A stretch of DNA of 62,935 bases from Bacillota bacterium (GTDB taxonomy: Bacteria; Bacillota; Halanaerobiia; Halanaerobiales; DATFIM01), in NCBI GenBank assembly GCA_051744805.1, contig JBNJDK010000004.1, positions 1 through 62,935 of the forward strand. Reading direction: 5' to 3'. This document shows positions 37,332 through 46,108 of this stretch, piece after piece; the first letter of the stretch is position 1; the number at the start of each line of letters is the position of its first letter. The notes beneath the pieces were generated by a model. That model did not search any database, was not told the origin of the DNA, and was given only the letters and a program-made list of their open reading frames with translations. The translations under genes and the position numbers were made by a program.

Positions 37332-37640
37332 ATGGCTGACAAGGATTTTGTGAAATTACAGGAAAATTTACATAATCATACTGAAGATTTAGTATTAGAA
37401 GAACTGGAAAATATATTAAGCAAAGATAAATTCTCACATGTATGTCAGTGTGAGCAATGCTTATTAGATATGGCTTCTTATACTTTAAATAGAATACCTG
37501 CAAAATATATTGCAAGTCATACTGGAAGTATTCACGCTAAATTAAATGAATTTGAACAACAATATCTAGTAGATATTACTTCTACTATAACTAAAGCCAT
37601 CCAGATAGTTTCTAAAAATCCACGACATGATAAAGATTAA
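37332..37640 (+). CDS. ComFB-family protein
   Basis: 102 aa with the HTEDLVLEELENIL...CQCEQCLLDMASYTLNRIPAKY pattern typical of ComFB. Confidence 0.7.
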   Translation: MADKDFVKLQENLHNHTEDLVLEELENILSKDKFSHVCQCEQCLLDMASYTLNRIPAKYIASHTGSIHAKLNEFEQQYLVDITSTITKAIQIVSKNPRHDKD

Positions 37641-37644
37641 TGAC

Positions 37645-37682
37645 AAAAAGGGCACGGTTAGTAAAAACCGTACCCTTTTTTT
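37645..37682. terminator. bidirectional intrinsic terminator (comFB / kdd)
   Basis: A5-GGGCACGGTT-loop-AACCGTACCC-T7, with one mismatch in the stem. Confidence 0.8.
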
Positions 37683-37691
37683 AATTTATTT

Positions 37692-38726
37692 TTAAATATA
37701 AAGTCTTTCAAAAATATCTCTTAACTGCTTATTTTCCCTCAATATTTCAAGAGAAATTTCAGCATGTCCTTTAGTATAACCATTTCCAACAATCATTTCT
37801 ACATCTTTTCCAACACCTTCAGCACCTAAAGCCGCTTTTGTAAAGCTTGTAGCCATACTGAAGAAGTAAACTAATCCTCCATCTTTAGTTGGAAGAATTG
37901 ATCCCATTTCTGTATTAGGTATATTTACATTATTAATTACTACATCAACTAACTCTCCATCAGTTGCTTCCTGTACTAACTCAAGAACTTCAAGTGGATT
38001 AGTAGCATCTCCCTGTAAAACTTCATCTGCCAGGCCTAGTTCTTCTATTCTTTGAGTACTTGAATCACTGTGACCCATACCAAGCACTTTTCCTGTAACT
38101 CCTGCTCTTTTGTGAGCTTCATGGAGACAGAGCATACCGGATTTTCCACCAGCTCCAATAATTAAAACATTATCTCCAGGCTCAACTAATTTGGCAGTTT
38201 GAGCTGCTGCTCCTGCTACATCAAGTACAGCTAAAGCTAAAGTTTCTTCCATATCTTCTGGTAATTTAGCATAAATTCCACTTTCAAAGAGTATAGCTTT
38301 ACCATCAATGTGAACCTGATCAATATCTTTTTTAACTTCTTTTATTTTATCTATACGAAGTGGAGTAAGGGAAAGAGAAACCAGAGTAGCTATCTTATCT
38401 CCAACTTCAAGGTCTCTATCTTTTAAAGCAGGTCCAATTTTTTCTATAGTACCTATTAACATACCACCAGAACCAGTTACTGGATTATGGTGTTTACCTC
38501 GCTTATCAACTATTTCCTTCATTTTTTGTTTTATTTTAGAAACATCACCACCAGCTTCTTCTTCAATTTGAGTAAAACTGGCTGAATCAATATTAAGTGT
38601 CTGAACATCAATCAATATCTCATTGTCATAAATCTCCATAGTATTATCAATTTTATCAGCGGGTTGAGGTAATACCCCTTTTGGTTCTAAAACACGATGA
38701 ACTCCATACTTGTTTCCTTTTTTCAT
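37692..38726 (-). CDS. kdd: L-erythro-3,5-diaminohexanoate dehydrogenase, copy 1
   Basis: 344 aa with a Rossmann GAGGKSG motif. Gene order is kamDE-kal-kce-kdd. ATG at 38726 follows GAAAGG. Highly similar by eye to ORF 52164..53201. Confidence 0.75.
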   Translation of the reverse strand: MKKGNKYGVHRVLEPKGVLPQPADKIDNTMEIYDNEILIDVQTLNIDSASFTQIEEEAGGDVSKIKQKMKEIVDKRGKHHNPVTGSGGMLIGTIEKIGPALKDRDLEVGDKIATLVSLSLTPLRIDKIKEVKKDIDQVHIDGKAILFESGIYAKLPEDMEETLALAVLDVAGAAAQTAKLVEPGDNVLIIGAGGKSGMLCLHEAHKRAGVTGKVLGMGHSDSSTQRIEELGLADEVLQGDATNPLEVLELVQEATDGELVDVVINNVNIPNTEMGSILPTKDGGLVYFFSMATSFTKAALGAEGVGKDVEMIVGNGYTKGHAEISLEILRENKQLRDIFERLYI

Positions 38727-38770
38727 TATTATCACACCTTTCTGATTTTTTAAATTATTTTTATTAAAAA

Positions 38771-38804
38771 AACAGGGAATAAGCTTTTATCTTTATTCCC
38801 TGTT
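38771..38804 (-). terminator. intrinsic terminator-like hairpin inside the operon, between kce and kdd
   Basis: AACAGGGAATAA / TTATTCCCTGTT (12 bp), followed on the minus strand by T7. Only 45 nt remain before the kdd start and no promoter is visible. Confidence 0.6.
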
Positions 38805-38825
38805 TGTTAAACTCAGGTGTCTAAA

Positions 38826-39641
38826 TTACTTAAGTCCTAAAATTTCTCTGGCTTCATCAGGAGTAGCAACTTCTCTTCCAAGTTCATCAGCTAATCTAAC
38901 TATTCTTTCTACAAGTTGAGCATTACTTTTAGCTAATTCACCTTTTTTATAATAAATATTATCTTCAAAACCTACTCTAGCATGTCCACCCATCATAATA
39001 GCATGAGTAGCCATCGGAAGTTGATGTCTTCCAACTCCAGCAACTGTCCAGGTAGCATCTTCAGGAATTTGGTCAACCATAAAACTCAAATTCTTAACTG
39101 ATGCTTTCATTGCACCCGGGACACCAAGTACAAAATCAAAATGCATATGTTTATTTAAAAGTCCTTTATTTTTAAGATAAAGAGCATTATGAATATGTCC
39201 TGGTTCAAAACATTCTAATTCTGGTAAAATATCTAGTTTTTTCATTTCTTCTGCAAAATTTTTCATAAGTGGTAAATCATTTACAAAAACATCATTACCA
39301 AAATTAGTAGTACCACAATCTAAAGTTGCCATTTCCGGTCCCAAATAAACTGGTTGAATTCTTTCTTCCCAACTCATACCTGCAGCTCCACCAGTTGAGG
39401 GCTGAATTATTGCCTTAACATTTTTTTCTTCCATTGCATCTATAGCTTCAGCAAAAACTTCCTTACTTTGCGTAGGATTGCCATCTTCATCTCTCACATG
39501 AATATGAATTATTGAAGCTCCTGCTTCTTCAGCTTTCTTAGCTTCTTCAGCTAATTCTTCAGCTGTGATAGGCAAATTAGGATTATCTTCTTTAGTAACT
39601 TCAGCACCACAAATTGCTGCTGTTATAATTAACTTTTCCAT
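38826..39641 (-). CDS. kce: 3-keto-5-aminohexanoate cleavage enzyme (BKACE/DUF849)
   Basis: 271 aa with the KLIITAAICGAE N-terminus and an IIHIHVRDEDG motif. Confidence 0.8.
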   Translation of the reverse strand: MEKLIITAAICGAEVTKEDNPNLPITAEELAEEAKKAEEAGASIIHIHVRDEDGNPTQSKEVFAEAIDAMEEKNVKAIIQPSTGGAAGMSWEERIQPVYLGPEMATLDCGTTNFGNDVFVNDLPLMKNFAEEMKKLDILPELECFEPGHIHNALYLKNKGLLNKHMHFDFVLGVPGAMKASVKNLSFMVDQIPEDATWTVAGVGRHQLPMATHAIMMGGHARVGFEDNIYYKKGELAKSNAQLVERIVRLADELGREVATPDEAREILGLK

Positions 39642-39656
39642 TTTATATAAACCTCC

Positions 39657-40043
39657 CTAATTTCTTTGCTTATCTTCTGGAACCACACAGGTTCCACTTG
39701 CTTTACATACAACTATAGGATCTTCAAGTACATCACAGGCTGAATCAGCTTCAGCATCTTCTGCAGGTTTTATAACTTTTTTTGCAACAAATTCCATTTT
39801 TCTCGAGGTGTTACCTTTTTCTACAATTTTACCTGTTGCTTCAATATAGTCACCTGCATAAACTGGAGCAGTAAATTCTACATCATCATATGCTAAAAAT
39901 AGTCCTTCATCTCCATCATTTCTAATGAGAAGCTCTGTAGCAACATCTCCAAATAATTCTAACATTTTTGCTCCATCTACTAAATTACCAGCATAATGGG
40001 CATCATTAGTACTCATTCTTAATCTAATCATAACTTCTTCCAT
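39657..40043 (-). CDS. kal: 3-aminobutyryl-CoA ammonia-lyase (hotdog fold)
   Basis: 128-aa protein with [24 protein letters not shown], positioned between kamE and kce. Confidence 0.7.
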   Translation of the reverse strand: MEEVMIRLRMSTNDAHYAGNLVDGAKMLELFGDVATELLIRNDGDEGLFLAYDDVEFTAPVYAGDYIEATGKIVEKGNTSRKMEFVAKKVIKPAEDAEADSACDVLEDPIVVCKASGTCVVPEDKQRN

Positions 40044-40074
40044 CTTATTTCCCCCTTAAAGAATATATTTATAT

Positions 40075-40821
40075 TTAATTATTTTCCTCTTCATCAAGTT
40101 TTTGAACAATATAAGAAGCAACATCTGGAGGAACAGTCCCAGGGCCAAACCCTGCATCAAAACCTAATTCCAGTGCTAACTCATGAGAAATTCTAGGTCC
40201 ACCTAGAATTAATAAAAATTCATCTCTTAAGTCTTCTGCTTCTAATAATTCAACTAGTTCAGTTAAGTTTTTAATATGGACATCTTTTTGAGTTACTACC
40301 TGTGATACAAGAATTGCATCTGCATCTTCCTCAACAGCCTTTTCAATAAGTTCTGAGTTAGGTACCTGACTCCCCATATTAAAAGCATTGATTTCTGGAT
40401 ATCTTTCTAATCCATATTCTCCAGCATAACCTTTCATATTCATAATCGCATCAAGACCAACAGTATGAGCATCAGAACCTGTACAGGCCCCAACAACTGT
40501 CACTTTTCTTCCAAGTTTATCTTTTATAAAATCATTTACTTCATAATAACTCATAGTTTCAGTTTCTACTTTAGCAACTTTTATTTTTGTAGCATCTACT
40601 GTATGTTTTAACTTTCCATAAAGAATATGAAAACTAAAACCTTCACCTAAATCCTTCATTTCTACCGCACTTACCTCTTCAAGCCCCATCTTATTAGCTA
40701 ACTGCTTGGCAGCTTCACTTGCTTCGAGACTTGCTTCAAGAGGAAGGGTAAAACTAAGCTGAACCTTACCATCATCCATCGTATCTCCATATGGTTTAAT
40801 TTTTGTTTTATCAACTTCCAT
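40075..40821 (-). CDS. kamE: lysine 5,6-aminomutase beta subunit (B12-binding)
   Basis: 248 aa with KPYGDTMDDGKVQLSFTLP and the DxHxxG cobalamin motif (GSDAHTVGLD). Its start overlaps the kamD stop. Confidence 0.85.
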   Translation of the reverse strand: MEVDKTKIKPYGDTMDDGKVQLSFTLPLEASLEASEAAKQLANKMGLEEVSAVEMKDLGEGFSFHILYGKLKHTVDATKIKVAKVETETMSYYEVNDFIKDKLGRKVTVVGACTGSDAHTVGLDAIMNMKGYAGEYGLERYPEINAFNMGSQVPNSELIEKAVEEDADAILVSQVVTQKDVHIKNLTELVELLEAEDLRDEFLLILGGPRISHELALELGFDAGFGPGTVPPDVASYIVQKLDEEENN

Positions 40822-42380
40822 TAGATATCCAACCCCTCCCTAAATAGATCTAAAAATGGATTATAATAATTATCTCCTTTTTCAATAACTCCATCTGCAC
40901 CTTTACCTCCAGTTTTAGGTCTGGAAATATTGGCAAACATACCATCTTCAAGAGCCTGCATTAAACCTTCATCTGCAATTTCTTCTAACATTTCAGTAGT
41001 TTCTTTTAATACTTTATCTGCTCTTGCTTGTATTTTACCATCTGGCTTAAACATAATTTCATCACCAAGATGACGTGCATTATTAAATACATATTGAGCA
41101 TTTTCGATTGCAAGAGCTCTATCCTGAATAAATGGCGTATGGATAGCTTCTGTTAACATACCAAGAAGTTGAATACCCTGTCCGGTCATGATAGAAGCTA
41201 GATTAAACATACCATCCATTACATGTCCTTTGAAAATATCACCGGACATATATTTTGTTGGAGGCATATATTTTAAAGGAGCATCAGGGAAAATTTGGCG
41301 AATCATTTGAGCCTGAGCAACTTCCATTAAAAATCCATCTTCTATTGAAGGGTCCATTTCAAATGCATGACCCAGTCCTAACTGCTCCGGCTTTAATCCT
41401 GATCTCAAACCAAGTTCTTCATTGATAAATTGAGAAGCTAAAACAGTATGTGCTTCTTCAACAGCATCTGCTGTTGTTAAATAATTATCTTCACCAGTAT
41501 TAATTATTACTCCAGCATAAGCATTTATCATTCTGGAGAAATACTGATCAATAAATGTTCTCTTCATATTTATATCTCTAAACAAAATACCATACATTGA
41601 ATCATTAAGCATCATATCCAATCTTTCAAAAGCTCCCATTGCTGCTATTTCAGGCATACAAAGTCCTGAACAATAGTTAACTAATTGGATATAACGTCCT
41701 TCTTCTTTTCCAACTTCATCAAGACCTTCTCTCATAATTCTAAAATTTTCTTGAGTAGCATAAGTTCCACCAAAACCTTCAGTTGTAGCTCCATAAGGTA
41801 CATAATCAAGTAAACTTTGAGCTGTACTTCTTATTACTGCAACTATATCTGCTCCTTCTCTAGCAGCAGCTTTAGCCTGTTTTAAATCTTCATAAATATT
41901 ACCTGTAGCAACTATAACATATAACCAGGGTTTTGGTCCTGTAGGAGTTTCTTCCTGTAATTCATCTCTTTTTCTCCTGTTATCAGCAATAGATTCTACA
42001 CCTTTTTTAGCCAGATCTTCAATTGCATCTTTTACATCCGCTAAATCATGTTCTTTTAATTCTGTTAAATTTATGTTTCCTTCAGCAACTTCTTCAGCAA
42101 TTTTTTGCGGAGATTCACCAGTTTCAAGTACAGCATTACCTATCCAGTAAGCTATCCCTCTGTCTAATTCATCACTCTTAAAAACCTGGTCAACTACGAC
42201 ATTAGGTAATGGAATTTCCTCATCATCTATTCCATCAATCCCAAAAAGACGCGCTACCGTTCTCTCTACACTTGTTGTAGTATTTTCATCAATGTGAATT
42301 TGAATACCATCAGCAATATCCTGTGATGCCTGTCTTGCCCTGTCTACTAACTCTTGATCAACATTTAACTTTTCTTGCAA
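40821..42380 (-). CDS. kamD: lysine 5,6-aminomutase alpha subunit
   Basis: Long TIM-barrel protein with YVIVATGNIYED, GGTYATQENFR and NTGEDNYLTTADA motifs. TTG at 42380 follows GAGAGGTGA at 8 nt (track GTG 42389). The upstream gene's stop TGA lies inside this SD. Confidence 0.85.
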   Translation of the reverse strand: MQEKLNVDQELVDRARQASQDIADGIQIHIDENTTTSVERTVARLFGIDGIDDEEIPLPNVVVDQVFKSDELDRGIAYWIGNAVLETGESPQKIAEEVAEGNINLTELKEHDLADVKDAIEDLAKKGVESIADNRRKRDELQEETPTGPKPWLYVIVATGNIYEDLKQAKAAAREGADIVAVIRSTAQSLLDYVPYGATTEGFGGTYATQENFRIMREGLDEVGKEEGRYIQLVNYCSGLCMPEIAAMGAFERLDMMLNDSMYGILFRDINMKRTFIDQYFSRMINAYAGVIINTGEDNYLTTADAVEEAHTVLASQFINEELGLRSGLKPEQLGLGHAFEMDPSIEDGFLMEVAQAQMIRQIFPDAPLKYMPPTKYMSGDIFKGHVMDGMFNLASIMTGQGIQLLGMLTEAIHTPFIQDRALAIENAQYVFNNARHLGDEIMFKPDGKIQARADKVLKETTEMLEEIADEGLMQALEDGMFANISRPKTGGKGADGVIEKGDNYYNPFLDLFREGLDI

Positions 42381-42385
42381 GTTAA

Positions 42386-43444
42386 TCACCTCTCTATTGT
42401 TTTATATTTTTCACTCATTATGTCATACACTGGAATTTCTGTTAATTTAGTTTTTAATCCAGAAATAATTTTTTCTGAATTCAAAGATTGACTATAAGGA
42501 CTGGTAGGATTAACTGTAACAGCTAATAAATTAATACTATTTAGAACTTCTAATTTTATTTGCGCTTTTTCCATTAAATTTAAATTCCTTTTATTCAAAA
42601 ATACTCTTGTCCCATCTCTAACAATTAAATTTATCTCTTTAAGATTAAGATCATAAATTAACTTTTCAGCAAATCTATCAATTAAAGCTCCATTTATTAT
42701 TAAAGATTCTATTTTTTTATGGTCTTTATCTTTAAGTTCTTTAAGATGACCAAAACTGGTTTCAGATTCAAGTGCTTCACTGCTTCCATCTTTATAAACT
42801 ATACCATCCTGACTATTAGCTAAAAATTCATTGGCCTTTTTTTCTAAAGAAGAATTTTTCACCTCAGGAAGAGACAACCGTCGGATTTCATGGAATGTTT
42901 TTTTAATCACTAATTCTTCCGTATTTCCCACAACTGCCCCTGTTGCAATTATAAAAGCATCAGTAAGTGCAGGCATTGCAGAACTTCTACGGTCAAGAGC
43001 TCCATCTATTAAAGTTAAGTCAATATCAGCTGGCATCATTTCTTTTATTTTTTTTACTCTACTGGAAGAGTTAATACCAACTAATTCAATGTATCCTCCT
43101 TTAGTAAAACTTTTATATATATTTACCTCACCCATTAAACTATCAATTCCTGTTCTTGCTATAACATTAGCCTGTACATCACTTTTTTTATAGGCATTAT
43201 GAGCTGTCACAAAAACAGTATTAGGTGGAATATAAATCCGGGGTTTTTCCTGGAGGGTAATGGCATCTACTTTTTCTCCATCACGTCCATAAGAAATTAG
43301 TGCCAAATTTATATTTCTAGTAACTGCCTCTTTAACTATAGTGTTTAAAGTTACAGTTTTACCTGCATTTTTTGCCAATCCTATAATAGCAAGATGTTCA
43401 ACTTTATTTAAATCTATATATTCTATTAATTTTTTATTTTTTAT
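42386..43444 (-). CDS. P-loop NTPase of unrecognised family, translationally coupled to kamD
   Basis: The track start (TTG 43378) would cut the Walker A, read as HLAIIGLAKNAGKT. The frame stays open upstream to TAA at 43457-59. A strong SD AAGGGGGG (43451-58) is followed only by ATT (43450) and ATA (43444). Walker-B-like LTLIDGALDRR is present. Confidence 0.6.
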   Translation of the reverse strand: MKNKKLIEYIDLNKVEHLAIIGLAKNAGKTVTLNTIVKEAVTRNINLALISYGRDGEKVDAITLQEKPRIYIPPNTVFVTAHNAYKKSDVQANVIARTGIDSLMGEVNIYKSFTKGGYIELVGINSSSRVKKIKEMMPADIDLTLIDGALDRRSSAMPALTDAFIIATGAVVGNTEELVIKKTFHEIRRLSLPEVKNSSLEKKANEFLANSQDGIVYKDGSSEALESETSFGHLKELKDKDHKKIESLIINGALIDRFAEKLIYDLNLKEINLIVRDGTRVFLNKRNLNLMEKAQIKLEVLNSINLLAVTVNPTSPYSQSLNSEKIISGLKTKLTEIPVYDIMSEKYKTIER

Positions 43445-43503
43445 AGTAATCCCCCCTTATCCAAATCTAAACTTTTAAAATTTTATTTCCATCTTAATAT
43501 TAA

Positions 43504-43519
43504 TGCAATTAGTATGCCA
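43504..43519 (-). promoter_or_regulatory. sigma-54 promoter of the P-loop-kamDE-kal-kce-kdd operon
   Basis: Minus strand TGGCATACTAATTGCA with exact GG-N10-GC spacing, about 60 nt upstream of the proposed start. Confidence 0.7.
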
Positions 43520-43529
43520 CTTCTTGAGA

Positions 43530-44477
43530 TTAAAGACCTATTAAAAATGGAACCAGAATAGGAACTAAAATAGAAAGCACCGCTCCACTAAAAAAAGCAG
43601 GAATAACTGTTTCATCTCCAGCTGTTTTTTTAATAATAGGTAAAGTTACATCCATTGTGGTGGCTCCACCTGGAGCAATAGATGTCAATTTTCCAAAATA
43701 TTTTACTACAAAAGGTAAACTAATTATTGTAATTAATTCTCTAAAAACATTAGCTAAAAATGCTATTGAACCTAATTCTACACTATGTAATTTACTCAAA
43801 ATAACTCCTGAAAGACTATACCAGCCAAATCCAGCCCCCACTGCAGCTGCTTCATTTGAACTCAAACCAATAAACAATCCAACAATAATAGCTCCTAAAA
43901 TACTACCAATAGCTATCAAAAAAGGTAAAGCTAAAATTTGCCAGCCTAAACTTTTTAGCTGTTGAAAAATTTCTTTATTTTTTCCTAAATCTACTCCAAC
44001 TCCAAAAAGCAAAGCAGCAAGAGCATAGGTAGTTATTCTATCCATAAAACCTATTAAACTCTCTGGCAAAAAGAAAAGTCCAACTAATATACCAAAAATT
44101 ACTGATGCTATAATCATATAAGTCATATAATGGTCACTTTCTTCTTCTATCTTTTCTTCCTTGAATTTTTCTTTTTTGCTTTTTTCTTCAATTTTTGCTT
44201 CAAATTGCAAACTAAATATTTTTACTAAAAACAAACTTCCTATTATACTACCTACTGCCATAAAAAAAGCCTGTAAACCTATTTGATCTAATTGCTTTAA
44301 TATTTTAGAATCCATTCCAATTTTAGCTCCCATTGAAGCCAGAAGAATTATCAAACCAAAAGTAGTAATATAACCTGCTAATTTAAAAATCCACTTTCCA
44401 AAAAATTTAAAATACCCTATTAAAAACCCTGTTAACAAAAATGCAATTATTAGTCCCATATTCATACTAAAAATCAC
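43530..44477 (-). CDS. DUF340 / LysO-family membrane protein (lysine exporter family)
   Basis: 315 aa in two polytopic halves joined by a charged linker (KIEEKSKKEKFKEEKIEEE). It overlaps the stop of the activator gene by 11 nt. Confidence 0.6.
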   Translation of the reverse strand: MIFSMNMGLIIAFLLTGFLIGYFKFFGKWIFKLAGYITTFGLIILLASMGAKIGMDSKILKQLDQIGLQAFFMAVGSIIGSLFLVKIFSLQFEAKIEEKSKKEKFKEEKIEEESDHYMTYMIIASVIFGILVGLFFLPESLIGFMDRITTYALAALLFGVGVDLGKNKEIFQQLKSLGWQILALPFLIAIGSILGAIIVGLFIGLSSNEAAAVGAGFGWYSLSGVILSKLHSVELGSIAFLANVFRELITIISLPFVVKYFGKLTSIAPGGATTMDVTLPIIKKTAGDETVIPAFFSGAVLSILVPILVPFLIGL

Positions 44478-45936
44478 CCTTTTTAATATTGTATTTTTTT
44501 ATTTTATATTGTAATGACTGCCTTGAAATACTTAAATTTCTGGCTGCTTCACTTATATTACCTTTAGATCTTTCTAAAGATTTTTTTATAAGTTTTACTT
44601 CTAAATTCTCCATTACTTCTTCTAAAGGAGGCAGTTCATCTTCTTTAATTGAATTACAATCAAGACCAACTGGTGAAAGATCAACATTATTTAATCTTTC
44701 TTTTATATATCTTGGTAAGTTATTATAAGTTATTTTATTTTCATTTTGGACCATATTAAAAGCACTTTCAATAACATGCTGTAATTCTCTAACATTACCA
44801 GGCCAACTATAATTTAAAAAAGTATTAATAACTTTTTCACCTACATCTTTAATATTTTTAGAAAATTTTTGGTTATATTTTTCAATAAAATAATCTACAA
44901 GAACTGATATATCATCTTCTCTTTTGCGAAGAGGAGGAATTTCAATATAGACAACACTCAATCTATAAAATAAATCTTCTCTAAGATTATTTTCAGAAAA
45001 AGCTTTATCAGGATGAGTATTCATAGTTGTAATAACTCTTACATCAACTTCTTTTTCTTTTTGGCCTCCTACTCTTCTCACCTTTTTTTCCTGAAGTACT
45101 CGCAACAATTTGGCCTGTAAAGAAAGATCCATTGAATTTATTTCATCAAGTAAAATTGTTCCTCCATTAGCCTGTTCAAATAATCCTGCCCTGCTTTTTG
45201 CTCCTGTAAATCCACCTTTTTGAGTCCCAAAAAGCAAACCTTCTAATAAATCCTTAGGTAAAGCAGCACAATTTTGAGCTATAAAAGGTTTGTCTGATCT
45301 TTTACTTGCATTATGAATACTTTGAGCAAAAAGTTCTTTTCCAGTACCGGTTTCACCAAAAAGCAATACTGAAGAATCACTACCTGCAGCCCTCATTGCC
45401 TCCCTTAAAGTCATTTTAAATCCTTCATCTTCTCCAATTATATCTTTAAAAGAGTAACTTGTATTATTATCTTTAGTTATATTTTTTGTTTCATTTTTAG
45501 GTTTTTGTTGACCAACATTAATTTTTGCTCTTAAATCACTAACATTTTCTACTAATTCTTCCAAAAGAGTTATATCTCTAGAAATCTCCATTGCTCCTAT
45601 TTCTCCATTACTTAACTTTAGAGGTACTGTTTTATTAACAGTAGTAATTCTTTTTCCTTTTGTATTAATAAAAGTTTGTTGAGTTTTTTCAATTGAATTA
45701 CCTGTTTTAATAGTTTGCATAAGAGTACTTGTTTCTAAAGTTAAAGAAGGATATACTTCAAATAAGTTTTTGCCTATTACTTCTTTAGGAGCCAGGCCAT
45801 CTATTTCTGATACTTTATTGTTATAAGCGATGGTTGTTCCTTCCCGATCTACAATATGAATTCCTTCATCTAAAGAATTTAATATCATATTTAAATTTTT
45901 ATTATTTACAAATTTTTCAATTTCATCTTTTAACAT
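44467..45936 (-). CDS. sigma-54-dependent transcriptional activator (PAS - AAA+ - Fis-type HTH; RocR-like architecture)
   Basis: 489 aa. N-terminal PAS, Walker A GETGTGKE, GAFTGA-type loop GGFTGA, Walker B ILLDEI, and C-terminal HTH (NISEAARNLSISRQSLQYKIKKY). Confidence 0.9.
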   Translation of the reverse strand: MLKDEIEKFVNNKNLNMILNSLDEGIHIVDREGTTIAYNNKVSEIDGLAPKEVIGKNLFEVYPSLTLETSTLMQTIKTGNSIEKTQQTFINTKGKRITTVNKTVPLKLSNGEIGAMEISRDITLLEELVENVSDLRAKINVGQQKPKNETKNITKDNNTSYSFKDIIGEDEGFKMTLREAMRAAGSDSSVLLFGETGTGKELFAQSIHNASKRSDKPFIAQNCAALPKDLLEGLLFGTQKGGFTGAKSRAGLFEQANGGTILLDEINSMDLSLQAKLLRVLQEKKVRRVGGQKEKEVDVRVITTMNTHPDKAFSENNLREDLFYRLSVVYIEIPPLRKREDDISVLVDYFIEKYNQKFSKNIKDVGEKVINTFLNYSWPGNVRELQHVIESAFNMVQNENKITYNNLPRYIKERLNNVDLSPVGLDCNSIKEDELPPLEEVMENLEVKLIKKSLERSKGNISEAARNLSISRQSLQYKIKKYNIKKGDF

Positions 45937-46014
45937 AATAAATCTTCCTCCTCAATATATATCTTTCTTTATTCAAATTAAATATCCTTTATTTTTAGCA
46001 AAATTTTTTTCGGA

Positions 46015-46035
46015 TATGCAAATTATTTTTCGAAA
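46015..46035. promoter_or_regulatory. candidate activator-binding site (UAS) upstream of the amidohydrolase sigma-54 promoter
   Basis: TATGCAAATTATTTTTCGAAA. Its first 15 nt are identical to the palindrome at 48884. Confidence 0.4.
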
Positions 46036-46062
46036 CTATTTTTGCTATCTCCTTTATTTTAA

Positions 46063-46078
46063 TGGTATAATTATTGCA
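46063..46078 (+). promoter_or_regulatory. sigma-54 promoter of the amidohydrolase gene
   Basis: TGGTATAATTATTGCA with exact GG-N10-GC spacing, 31 nt upstream of the ATG at 46109. Confidence 0.65.
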
Positions 46079-46108
46079 TCAATTATTTATGAAAGGAGTT
46101 GTCGAAAA

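Noticed and set aside
46016-46108. N-terminal 31 codons of track ORF 46016..47725
   Set aside because: This stretch contains the candidate UAS and the sigma-54 promoter itself and has no SD. The ATG at 46109 has an AAAGGAG SD and yields a normal amidohydrolase N-terminus.
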